A DNA stretch of 32,486 nt from Candidatus Woesearchaeota archaeon (GCA_016219835.1 JACRKL010000043.1:1-32486), one strand, 5' to 3'. Counted from the stretch's first letter, positions 1-8,301 are shown. Program-made: numbers and translations. Notes: generated from the sequence alone by a model not told the origin.

Positions 1-139
1 TCTGCTTCTTGGCAGAAGTAAGTCCATTCATAACGATATTGCTGCTGTTGCAGCTTGTGCAGATGAGTTTTGGTGCCATACGCACACCAAATATTTCAAA
101 GAATAAAAATCTTTCGGTCAGTCATTTACTAACACTACC
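1..139. repeat. Left terminal inverted repeat (ITR)
   Basis: The reverse complement of 1-139 equals 32348-32486. It is perfect for 115 nt from the tip, with a single mismatch (g116 vs a32371), and identity is lost at 140/32347. Internal small hairpins: tctgc/gcaga (1-5/12-16) and tttggtg/caccaaa (69-75/85-91). Confidence 0.95.
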
Positions 140-142
140 CGG

Positions 143-595
143 ATGATTAGTTATGCCAAGAGCAAAGGCTATCATCTGCCGATTCATCTCTGCACCGCAA
201 AGCTGAAAGATGCCATCCAGTTTAGAAATAGAATTAAACGCGAGGCGTTGCATACCCATCGCGCATTTGATGAGATGGATGATGAAGGCATGCTGACCCG
301 TGGAGCAATCTATGTGCCTGAATTGTCGCCTGGTTTCGAGTATAACAAACGCTTGGCAGCAGCAGACAAGGATGCCCTTCACAAGAAGCTGCTGGATGTT
401 ATGGCTTCGATCACCGCCTCGCTTCATCTTGCTGTGCCAGATATCGCCCTTGATGAACAGAAGATGAGGATCCTGCTTTCGCATAAGCATGTCAAACGAT
501 GGGCATCACCATGCAAGAAGCAAGGGCTGATTCCTGCTATCGTTGTTGAATATCCAACCGCGGATCAGTTTGAAGTGGATATTGAGTATCTATGA
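143..595 (+). CDS. Hypothetical protein (150 aa)
   Basis: ATG ORF starting 4 nt inside the left ITR boundary. Amino-acid composition is balanced, unlike the Cys-rich antisense ORF 122..490. No motif recognised. Confidence 0.6.
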   Translation: MISYAKSKGYHLPIHLCTAKLKDAIQFRNRIKREALHTHRAFDEMDDEGMLTRGAIYVPELSPGFEYNKRLAAADKDALHKKLLDVMASITASLHLAVPDIALDEQKMRILLSHKHVKRWASPCKKQGLIPAIVVEYPTADQFEVDIEYL

Positions 596-684
596 CTGAT
601 GTCGATCTCCATCTTTCTGAGATCTTGCGAGCACTGCTTCACGTCGGTTTCTTCTTGCTGCTGTCCTTCCCACCACAGCGCATG

Positions 685-692
685 ATTTTATA
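685..692 (+). promoter_or_regulatory. TATA-box-like element upstream of CDS 715
   Basis: ATTTTATA is centred ~26-27 nt upstream of the ATG at 715, and no RBS lies in between. This is consistent with an archaeal promoter producing a leaderless mRNA. Confidence 0.35.
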
Positions 693-714
693 GGATGTTC
701 GGCTAACACACTTC

Positions 715-1056
715 ATGGGCGTTGTAGAAGTGTTTACCGGCAAAAGTAAGAAATATTCCTCACCGACATCGTATCTCTTTCGCGTTCTTGCACGGAAAGC
801 GATCGTAACGGGACTATTTTTCGCCGGCGGCTATCTTTTGGGCAACTCAAAACCTGAGCCTTCACTGGATCTTTACAAGCTTCATCGGCTCAACGAGACG
901 TATTACATCACGCAGACAACCACAGGTATCCGGCAGCCGATAACCGAAGACTTTCAGCTTGGATCCTTGGAGTATCGTCTTGATGGCATTGTCCGTGAAT
1001 CGTTGAGAAGTGGCAGAGAGAATCTTTACACCGCATTGAGCGGCATAAAACAGTAA
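715..1056 (+). CDS. Hypothetical signal-anchored membrane protein (113 aa)
   Basis: Single N-proximal hydrophobic helix (AIVTGLFFAGGYLLG) after basic residues. A TATA-like box (685-692) is centred about 26 nt upstream of the ATG. Confidence 0.6.
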   Translation: MGVVEVFTGKSKKYSSPTSYLFRVLARKAIVTGLFFAGGYLLGNSKPEPSLDLYKLHRLNETYYITQTTTGIRQPITEDFQLGSLEYRLDGIVRESLRSGRENLYTALSGIKQ

Positions 1057-1072
1057 TGAGGGAGGTATCAAC

Positions 1073-1933
1073 ATGAAACTTGGAAGAACAATCGGAAAAG
1101 TTATCGTCACTGCTGCAATCTTTGGAGCAGGCTATGTAACCCATGGGTTCCTTGGTCCCACAAAACCACAGAATTATTTAGAGGCAATGCAGTATGCTGT
1201 TGGAAAAGATCCTGCACAGTATGAGCAGGTGATTGATCAGACGAGAGAATGGAGCCATCAGATGAAGGCACAAGCTCATCCGGTTCCAACTGCTGAAGGA
1301 TACATTCCCTTCAATAATGTTCGCTTGGAGATGAAAGTGAACGGTGGATCCAGCTATCCCATCCTTGTTGTGAAGAGCAGTGGGCAGCAGGAAGGTGTGC
1401 GTTATATGGATGGCAAGTTGCGTGTAGGACCTGTCCAGCCGGAAGCTCTGGTCTCAGATCTTGAGGCTGCTGTGGTCAAAAATCCTCAAGGATATGAAGC
1501 GCTGGCTGATCGTCTGCTTGCCTTTGGACATGAAGCAAAAGCGGCTGCAAATCCTCTTGGACCGAGAGACAACTATGTTGCTTTTGAAGACGTCTCTTTT
1601 CACGTCCAAAAAACCCTCGTAGGTTATGAGCTTTTCCTCCAGAATCGCCGTACGAGTGAAGAGATGCCCATCCGGTATGTCGACGGTAAGACTGCAGTTG
1701 GCACCCTCGAGCAACGATTCGCAACAACACAGTCTGAAGCACAGACTGAAGGAAAGACCTTCATGCGTGAGGTTACCCATGATGCAACAAAAGATGCTCG
1801 TTCGTTCAAGGACTATGTTAAAGACAAAGCAACAGATGCATGGAAGAAGATGTTCGGCAGCAGCACCCCTGACCACAACAGCAGCGCTGTTTTCCACACA
1901 CCCGATCTCAATGCAACCAGTTTGATGAGGTGA
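1073..1933 (+). CDS. Signal-anchored protein with an internal tandem domain duplication (286 aa)
   Basis: GAGGGAGG RBS upstream. N-terminal TM helix (VIVTAAIFGAGYV). Residues ~45-122 and ~136-213 align with each other (K[DN]P..YE ... H..KA.A.P ... Y[IV].F..V ... RY[MV]DGK..VG). Confidence 0.7.
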   Translation: MKLGRTIGKVIVTAAIFGAGYVTHGFLGPTKPQNYLEAMQYAVGKDPAQYEQVIDQTREWSHQMKAQAHPVPTAEGYIPFNNVRLEMKVNGGSSYPILVVKSSGQQEGVRYMDGKLRVGPVQPEALVSDLEAAVVKNPQGYEALADRLLAFGHEAKAAANPLGPRDNYVAFEDVSFHVQKTLVGYELFLQNRRTSEEMPIRYVDGKTAVGTLEQRFATTQSEAQTEGKTFMREVTHDATKDARSFKDYVKDKATDAWKKMFGSSTPDHNSSAVFHTPDLNATSLMR

Positions 1934-1937
1934 ATCG

Positions 1938-2648
1938 ATGTCCTACCTGCTCAAGAACGTGCTAAAAACAACGATCTCAGTTGCCCTTGTTGGTAGTCTT
2001 GCCATCGGCGCAAGAACATGCTATAAAAACTATCAAGCCACACAGCAAGAAGCAGCAGTGATTACTCATCTCGAGGAGAAAGTGCACAATTCCTATCATC
2101 AGGTTTCCGGAAAGACCTGGGTGGAGAGCAAAGTAAAAGCAGATGTTCTGGAAGGAGATCGATTTCTTTTTCAAGAATATCTGAGAAGCAACCCTGCGTT
2201 TGTTGACTTCATAGAACTTGGTCAACGGTTAGTAGAACTGAGCACTGATGCTACGGCACATAGAACAGAACTCAGCGATCTTGCCGCATACGTTAACAGG
2301 GTAGAGTCAAGAGATTTTGGACAAATAGGTGTGCCATCCCAGAGCTATAACGCAACCTCATCACTCCCAGCATTTGGTGGTGCCTTGAAACTTGTTGCAG
2401 GACATCTTGATGAAGACCTTGCTTACATTCCAAAGATGGCAGCTCTGCTTGCCGGAAAGCCCGGAGGACCGATAAAAGATTATCTCCGATTGTCCACTTT
2501 GATGTTGGGCAGCAGGCAAGAAATGAAATTGTTAGTTGATCATTATGTCCAAGGGTACGCCCTTGATCAGAAACTTACGGGGCGTTTGAATACTCTTCCA
2601 GCATCTCCAGCTCTCTCACCCGTGCCAAGTGCCTCTTCCTCGCCATAG
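1938..2648 (+). CDS. Hypothetical signal-anchored protein (236 aa)
   Basis: GAGGTGA RBS upstream. N-terminal hydrophobic helix (TTISVALVGSLAIGA). Ser/Pro-rich C-terminus. No catalytic motif recognised. Confidence 0.65.
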   Translation: MSYLLKNVLKTTISVALVGSLAIGARTCYKNYQATQQEAAVITHLEEKVHNSYHQVSGKTWVESKVKADVLEGDRFLFQEYLRSNPAFVDFIELGQRLVELSTDATAHRTELSDLAAYVNRVESRDFGQIGVPSQSYNATSSLPAFGGALKLVAGHLDEDLAYIPKMAALLAGKPGGPIKDYLRLSTLMLGSRQEMKLLVDHYVQGYALDQKLTGRLNTLPASPALSPVPSASSSP

Positions 2649-2703
2649 AATGATCGGTGAGAGATTTTGTTGAGGGGCCTTGGTATTTTTCAGGTGCATT
2701 GCG

Positions 2704-2940
2704 ATGAAGAAACACGACAAACTCGCGGAAGAAGCACTTCGTTTGCTGAAAGGAGAGACGCTCGGGTATCAGCCAAATCCTTCTTCGTTTGAGCAGAATA
2801 GAAAACGTGCTGGCTACGGTCTTGGAGGTCTTGTTGCTCTTACTATCATTCCAGGACCACAGCCGTTGTTGGGAGCTGTGCTGTTGGGGTATTCTGCCAT
2901 CAAAGGTTATCAGGCGTATCGTGATTACCATGCAAAATGA
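2704..2940 (+). CDS. Small hydrophobic protein (78 aa)
   Basis: ATG at 2704 preceded by AGGTG; the TTG at 2680 in the ORF track is less likely. C-terminal Gly/Leu-rich hydrophobic hairpin (GLGGLVALTIIPGPQPLLGAVLLGY). Confidence 0.5.
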   Translation: MKKHDKLAEEALRLLKGETLGYQPNPSSFEQNRKRAGYGLGGLVALTIIPGPQPLLGAVLLGYSAIKGYQAYRDYHAK

Positions 2941-3541
2941 ACAGCGCTCAACGCTTGCTCAACGCAAGGCGAAAGAAGAGCGGACTAACGGCTTGCGGTT
3001 CGAGCTCTGGCTTGCTGAACTTCTGAGGCAGAAGGAATATCTTAATGTCCTGCATCATGTTGAATTCCACCGTTCACCTGATTGCTTTCGGGAAGTGGAT
3101 GTCAGCTACAACGTTCTCAACAACGAGAAGCTCTACCATGTGCTGGTCGAAGCGAAATACCGCAAGAGCTGGCCAGTGCAATATGCTTTGAGAAAAAGAA
3201 AGAGAAAGAATGGATCTTCTGAAATTTTCAATCTGGTGGATGAAGTAGCTGAACGTCAGCAGTTTGTTGGTGCTGATCTCTCCATCATCGTTACCAACAG
3301 CACGTTTGATGAGCAGATGCAGGAAGAAGCACCGAAGAAAGGCATCAAACTCGTTGATGGTTCTTGGCTGCAATCTACCTATGAAAGGTACGGTGGGAAG
3401 GGGAGCATTGAAGACAGCATCGCTTCCGTTGAGGTGCATGAAAAAGGGCATAAGAATGTGATTTATCTGAATCCTGTTGTCTCTGCCACGACAGCGCAGG
3501 TTTATATGAAAAAAATGATTCATCATTATGCAGGGGAATGA
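2930..3541 (+). CDS. Mrr-like restriction-endonuclease-fold (PD-(D/E)xK) protein (203 aa)
   Basis: Motif order typical of the Mrr catalytic domain: GLRFELWLAELL, then EVDVS (Asp), then VLVEAKYRK (E-x-K), then IIVTNSTF...GIKLVDGSWL. The internal ATG at 2930 is chosen because the upstream part of ORF 2789.. overlaps CDS 2704..2940 and looks non-protein-like. Confidence 0.7.
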   Translation: MQNEQRSTLAQRKAKEERTNGLRFELWLAELLRQKEYLNVLHHVEFHRSPDCFREVDVSYNVLNNEKLYHVLVEAKYRKSWPVQYALRKRKRKNGSSEIFNLVDEVAERQQFVGADLSIIVTNSTFDEQMQEEAPKKGIKLVDGSWLQSTYERYGGKGSIEDSIASVEVHEKGHKNVIYLNPVVSATTAQVYMKKMIHHYAGE

Positions 3542-3544
3542 CGC

Positions 3545-3847
3545 ATGGTAGTCTACGAAACACTCACGCTTGGAGAAGTTGTCAAGAGGGCTCTTCGCAC
3601 AACCGTGCTCATTGGCTTGACGGGGGTTGCAGCCTACTACTATGGTTCGACGCAAGGCATGCTTGCACAAAAAGAAAAGCAGGTCGATGTATTTTACAAC
3701 CATCTTGATACTTATGTTGAGCAGCAGATGCCTTCGCGCAGAGGCATCTTGTATGACTATCACGATCATCGATTCGCACCGTACCGCGTGGACATGAACT
3801 GCGCAGTACCGTTGATGTCTTTAGGTTTAGAAAACAAAGCAAAGTAA
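3545..3847 (+). CDS. Hypothetical signal-anchored protein (100 aa)
   Basis: N-proximal TM helix (TTVLIGLTGVAAYYYG) after basic residues. It starts 3 nt after the previous stop. Confidence 0.6.
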   Translation: MVVYETLTLGEVVKRALRTTVLIGLTGVAAYYYGSTQGMLAQKEKQVDVFYNHLDTYVEQQMPSRRGILYDYHDHRFAPYRVDMNCAVPLMSLGLENKAK

Positions 3848-3860
3848 GGAGGGATGAGAA

Positions 3861-5165
3861 ATGGGTAATGCGAGAACAATGGCTACAACGGGTGGTGACC
3901 CGTTTGATGTGGAATCTGAAACGGTTGAACCGGTTGAAATAGAAGAACCTGCACAGCAACAGGCAACGGATGCTCACGGGAATTTAGAAACGAAGGTAGA
4001 ATCTACAACAGCATCAACAGAGAACACCGACGCACATATGCAGGACTTGCTCTCCAAGTATTTCAAGTTTCTCCCCAAAGATCAGGCAGAGCCGATGGCA
4101 AATACCACCACCAGCCTTCGTGAGCAATGGAATATCGCCGATCGGTTAAGCATGATCGTTATGAATTTGTCAGACCAGAATGGGTTGACCGATGAGCAAA
4201 TTAAATCTCAGGAAAAAAACATGGATAGAAAACTCAAGGTCTATGACACCCTCAAGAAAGTTGGCATTAATCTGTATCAGGTTGATTCGTGGTGGTTCAT
4301 GCGGCAGCTTACACAGACCAGAGATGCGCTTCAGCATAACCTTGACCAGTTTAATGAAGAGCTCAAGGGAGTAAGAACCAAGGGGAATCACTCTGAGCTG
4401 TATGCGCGGATTCTTGAGAGCCTGCCGGATACCATCAAGACGGATAAGCAGTATCGCCCTCTTGTTGACCGCTTAAAGGCGAACAGTGAATCATCGCCGC
4501 AGGGCGGATTGCGTGATCAATTTAGAACCTACAAGCAGCAAGCCAGAGAATTGTCCGAGGTTGATGACGGGCTTGAGGCAAGTATTGTGATGTACAACGG
4601 CAGCATCGACGAAACCTCAGAAAAGATAAAGGAACTTGCCACGCAACTCGCAGCAAACCACATGGATGCTGAATTGATGAAACAAAAGCAGGCGTTGGTT
4701 GACCTCTACAACGGTTACGAGAAAGAGCGTTATGCCCTAATGGATGCACGGGAAGAGATCTCTGACCAGCTTTCTCAGGCAAGAGAGAATTATCGGTTTG
4801 CTGAACTCCAGATGAACATGCGTGAAGTCGCTTTGTTAAGATCCAGAAAAACGTCTGAACGGCTGCATCATGCAATCAAGCAGCTGGAGCATTACCGACA
4901 GAGCAAGAAAGATGTCGTTCTCGTCTCTGGTCACCTCATCCTGGTTGAGCAAGCAGAAGAATACCGGAGAAAAGCAGATCTCATCTCTGCTATCGGTGGC
5001 GACGTTGCACGAGGGCAGTACGACCGCATGAAAGAGCCAGAATCAACTGAAGGGTATACGAAGCAAACTTCCCAATGGGGCACGATAAAAAACGACTTGC
5101 TAGCCAAGAGGCAAGAAGAGAATGCACTGTTCAAGAAAGAGCTTGCCAAAGAATTGTACCATTGA
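3861..5165 (+). CDS. Coiled-coil protein with acidic N-terminus (434 aa)
   Basis: AAGGAGGG RBS upstream. Long heptad-like, charged, helical sequence rich in E/K/Q/L. No catalytic motif. Confidence 0.7.
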   Translation: MGNARTMATTGGDPFDVESETVEPVEIEEPAQQQATDAHGNLETKVESTTASTENTDAHMQDLLSKYFKFLPKDQAEPMANTTTSLREQWNIADRLSMIVMNLSDQNGLTDEQIKSQEKNMDRKLKVYDTLKKVGINLYQVDSWWFMRQLTQTRDALQHNLDQFNEELKGVRTKGNHSELYARILESLPDTIKTDKQYRPLVDRLKANSESSPQGGLRDQFRTYKQQARELSEVDDGLEASIVMYNGSIDETSEKIKELATQLAANHMDAELMKQKQALVDLYNGYEKERYALMDAREEISDQLSQARENYRFAELQMNMREVALLRSRKTSERLHHAIKQLEHYRQSKKDVVLVSGHLILVEQAEEYRRKADLISAIGGDVARGQYDRMKEPESTEGYTKQTSQWGTIKNDLLAKRQEENALFKKELAKELYH

Positions 5166-5177
5166 GCACGGGGGAAG

Positions 5178-6782
5178 ATGTCAATTGTCATCACCCCTGA
5201 TTCGCTCAGGGCGTATTGCAGGATTGCCGATGTAAAGTACGAAACACTGTATCGGGTTGGCTCTGGAAAAATTACTCGCCATGGCGGATCTGCATGGCAG
5301 GAGTCTTTTTATCAGGATGCACAGCTTTTCGCTGCGGTTACCCATATCGTTACCGATCAATGTAAATCAGATGCCCCTCTTAAAGAGCTTTGCGAAGGTC
5401 ATGAACTGCTCTATGCTGCTGATGTCGCAAGCCGCGTTCTTGAGCAGAAAAACGCCCTGAGCACAATGCCTGATTCTCCAACGCAAACGCTATCGTTGGC
5501 ACCATTCACTATCTCCTATGGAACTGGAGATCTGCAAACAGAGTATTCGCTCATCCGAAAAACTCTGGAGGGATTGGTTGAACGTGTCTCTACATCATCC
5601 TTTGAACCTCGCGTTGCAACGAGGGATTATTTCAGCAGGTATTCCTGCCAGTTGGATCTTGCCCTCCAAAAGCACCTTGGCCAAGATCACTATCGGGAAA
5701 TGAAGTCTATCGAATGGACTATTGGGACCTATATCTTCAAGGGACTAACGCCCCCGCAAATCGTTTCGCGCCCGAACCCAAAGAAGCAGGACGCATCAAA
5801 GCAGGGCGCATCTGATGATCAGGTCGTAGATACCATCGACAATCAGTTCTACACTCCGCTGGCTTACCTTGCTATTCCGCCAAACAAAGTGCTTCCGCGG
5901 GAACGAATCATCGGTGATCAGGACATGATCGCCTATCTTGAGCGCATGGTCAAATGCCTGTTTATGTATAACCCAATAGTCGGCAGGAATCCTATGAGAG
6001 AGAAAAAGATCTTCCAGAACAAAGTTCTCCTGCAGGGCGATCCTGGAGAAGGAAAAGGCGCAGTTTCCTTTTATCTCATCAACTTTGCCGAGCAGCTCAA
6101 TAAGCGCATAGGCTCAGACCTTTTAGTAACCTCATTCAGCATAGACTCTTCGTTCGAAGATGGCAAGATCCAGAAGCTCAAGAGCCAGTTTCATCAGTTA
6201 ACCACGGCAAAACGGCCGTTCTTTATCTATGAAGATGAAATCGATGGCTTATTGAAGTCGGATGATGAATCACATCAGAAGAAAGCAGATCTGCAGGTTG
6301 CGCTTGAATTCAATAAATTTCTCGATGGGCAATATCCTGACAACGGCAACTATTTTTTTCTGGCGAATCTGAACAATGTTAGAAATCTTCGCGGCTCAAC
6401 CAGAAGGCGTTTTGAGGTGCTCCACTGGAAGGGTGCAACAACAAAAGAGGAGAAAGCAACGCTTCTCAGCTACAAGCTGGAGGATGGCATTCGTGCAGGA
6501 TATGTTCATGTAAGCCAGACTCAGATCCAGAAACTGGGATCTCTTGCGTATGAATCGGGTCTTTCCGGAGCAGACATCACCAAAGTCTGCGAGAAGGCAT
6601 GCAGTGATTCCTTTCGTTGGGATCATCTGATTGACATTAAAAACCAAGAGCAGGATTATGAGCAGCAGTTGGATGCCATTGACCACAATCATGACATCGT
6701 AACCTTCGAGAAACTTTCGCAGGCGCTTCTGCAGGAAGTTGACCATCGTGAAACTGCTTTGAAATCATCGAGGAATTACTAA
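5178..6782 (+). CDS. Classical AAA-family ATPase with a ~280-aa unknown N-terminal region (534 aa)
   Basis: Walker A variant GDPGEGKG (nt 6036-6059). Walker B FFIYEDEIDG. Sensor/arginine region FFLANLNN...RRRF. Lid motif LSGADITKVCEKA, typical of CDC48/FtsH/Vps4-type AAA proteins. Confidence 0.8.
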   Translation: MSIVITPDSLRAYCRIADVKYETLYRVGSGKITRHGGSAWQESFYQDAQLFAAVTHIVTDQCKSDAPLKELCEGHELLYAADVASRVLEQKNALSTMPDSPTQTLSLAPFTISYGTGDLQTEYSLIRKTLEGLVERVSTSSFEPRVATRDYFSRYSCQLDLALQKHLGQDHYREMKSIEWTIGTYIFKGLTPPQIVSRPNPKKQDASKQGASDDQVVDTIDNQFYTPLAYLAIPPNKVLPRERIIGDQDMIAYLERMVKCLFMYNPIVGRNPMREKKIFQNKVLLQGDPGEGKGAVSFYLINFAEQLNKRIGSDLLVTSFSIDSSFEDGKIQKLKSQFHQLTTAKRPFFIYEDEIDGLLKSDDESHQKKADLQVALEFNKFLDGQYPDNGNYFFLANLNNVRNLRGSTRRRFEVLHWKGATTKEEKATLLSYKLEDGIRAGYVHVSQTQIQKLGSLAYESGLSGADITKVCEKACSDSFRWDHLIDIKNQEQDYEQQLDAIDHNHDIVTFEKLSQALLQEVDHRETALKSSRNY

Positions 6783-6783
6783 C

Positions 6784-8301
6784 ATGGTGCTCGATCTCAA
6801 TATCATAAAATCCAAGTTTGGCAAACAGGTGCTGAATAATTATTTCGGGATAGATTTCACCGAGAGAATTCCGGTTGCTGATCTCCCACAAGCTGCTCAA
6901 CCTCTGACATCTTCTGCATCTCAAGTTTCTGCTCTGCCTGCTGCAAAGCAGGAGAAGCCAGCACCCAAGAACAAAAGTTCTCCGGGTAATGGTTCTTTTG
7001 ATCCTTTTAAAACCGACGGAGAAACTCGCAGCGTTATTTCGTTTCCTCCAGTTGGTGTTCGGGAAGTGCTTCAACCTCCTTCCGTATCTCCTGCAATTTC
7101 TCCGTATGACCTCACTCAGTATCTTCGGAACTGTTCAGTGGTTGGTGAAGAGGCGAATGGTATCCTCCTCACCGTGAGTTTGTCGAGTGGTATGCATACC
7201 ATTCTGGAAGGCGAATCCGGAAGCGGGAAAAGCCATCTGATGCAGGCAGTCCTTTCTCTCTTTCCTAAGAGTGAAGTTTGCACGGTTGAACAAGTCTCTG
7301 GTCAGGCGATCTGGCATTTTGCTGACCAGTTGAATCAGGCACGCATCGTTTATTTTCCGGAGCTTCAGAAAGTTGTAGCTGATCGGAACAGGAAGCATGC
7401 AGGTATCGTTGAGCTGATGAAGTCCATCGCCGAAGGAAAAGATGCAAGTCGGATGGTTACCAATACGAGCCATGATGGTGTTGATACCTATTGCATTAGC
7501 AAGGAAAAAACACTGGTTGCAACACTTGCAACTGAAAATGATTTCGTTTACGATCGGGAATTTCAGCGAAGATTTTTGTTCCTGAACACTGACGCATCTC
7601 CGCAGCATATCCGTGAAATCATTGACCATAAAGTCACTGACCGGATTGCCGCTACCTTGAGTAGTAGGTATGATCCCCTTGAAGAACGCCTCAGCAGTCG
7701 TGTAACCGAGTTAGGCCATCGTGACGACCTTTATGTCCTGAATCCATTTCTCCCTTATCTCCGCAGAAGCTTTCCCAACAGCAGCAAGACGCAGGCATAC
7801 CTTGAGCATTATCTCAATCTCTTTGAAGCATGGGGGAAATTTTTCCATGATGACCATCAGCAAATCTCCTTGTATGGAAAGACGTTTGTGTTGTTGAATC
7901 TGGAAGACGTGTATCATGTCTACTCCGCTTATCATGATTCGTTTCTTAGGACGCTGGAGTCTTTCAGCGGTGAACAGGCACTGCACTTCAGCCCGGATTG
8001 GAAGACCTGTTTCCTCGAGGGAGTATCCGTTGCTAACACCTTGATTTCTGTTGGCGATGGCACCGATCGGAGTGTTCTCGGGCAGGAGTACCCTCAACTG
8101 ATTGCAGCGTGGAGGGATGCGCAGATGGAAGGATCTTCAATCTATGCCAGAAGTTATAGCACCGGAGAACGTTTTATTCTTGCAGACCTCCGCCAACCTG
8201 CTCCTGCGGCTTTATCTCATACTCATTCTTCTTATGTGACTCCTATCACCGATCCAGCCAGAATGCTTCCTGCATATTGTGAACACCATGATACGACATG
8301 A
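6784..8301 (+). CDS. P-loop NTPase, SF3 (D5/P4-type) helicase-like (505 aa)
   Basis: Walker A GESGSGKS (nt 7210-7233). About 40 aa later comes RIVYFPE (Walker B-like), then MKSIAEGKD..R, then LVATLATEN (motif C-like Asn) and RRFLFL. This spacing matches SF3 helicases. The N-terminal ~130 aa is Pro/Ser-rich. P-loop assignment is confident; SF3 assignment is tentative. Confidence 0.6.
   Translation: MVLDLNIIKSKFGKQVLNNYFGIDFTERIPVADLPQAAQPLTSSASQVSALPAAKQEKPAPKNKSSPGNGSFDPFKTDGETRSVISFPPVGVREVLQPPSVSPAISPYDLTQYLRNCSVVGEEANGILLTVSLSSGMHTILEGESGSGKSHLMQAVLSLFPKSEVCTVEQVSGQAIWHFADQLNQARIVYFPELQKVVADRNRKHAGIVELMKSIAEGKDASRMVTNTSHDGVDTYCISKEKTLVATLATENDFVYDREFQRRFLFLNTDASPQHIREIIDHKVTDRIAATLSSRYDPLEERLSSRVTELGHRDDLYVLNPFLPYLRRSFPNSSKTQAYLEHYLNLFEAWGKFFHDDHQQISLYGKTFVLLNLEDVYHVYSAYHDSFLRTLESFSGEQALHFSPDWKTCFLEGVSVANTLISVGDGTDRSVLGQEYPQLIAAWRDAQMEGSSIYARSYSTGERFILADLRQPAPAALSHTHSSYVTPITDPARMLPAYCEHHDTT

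Noticed and set aside
122-490. 122-aa minus-strand ORF at the left end, partly inside the ITR
   Set aside because: It overlaps CDS 143..595 almost completely. Its product is Cys-rich with odd composition and no motif. The + strand ORF looks protein-like and matches the element-wide gene orientation.
604-624. Inverted repeat gatctc-N9-gagatc after the first gene, considered as a terminator
   Set aside because: The stem is only 6 bp with a 9-nt loop and no adjacent strong T-tract. It also falls inside the possible mini-ORF 592..693. Evidence is too weak.
2789-2929. N-terminal extensions offered by the ORF track (also 13127-13219, 31455-31487, 24420-24443, 15374-15385, 8279-8287 and 10990-11211 on the minus strand)
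   Set aside because: The extensions overlap the upstream CDS, start at GTG/TTG or lack an RBS, and add sequence outside the recognisable domains. Internal ATGs with RBS or ATGA coupling, and agreement with paralogue starts, fit better. GTG at 11107 and ATG at 22918 remain possible alternatives.
3074-3769. 231-aa minus-strand ORF
   Set aside because: It is antisense to the Mrr-like nuclease, whose ordered catalytic motifs validate the + frame. The antisense translation has no motif and an implausible composition.
143-5165. Attempt to name a major capsid protein, or a terminal protein, among the small left-arm proteins
   Set aside because: No sequence motif supports any specific capsid or terminal-protein family. 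Hydrophobic small proteins are compatible with many roles, so the call would be a guess.
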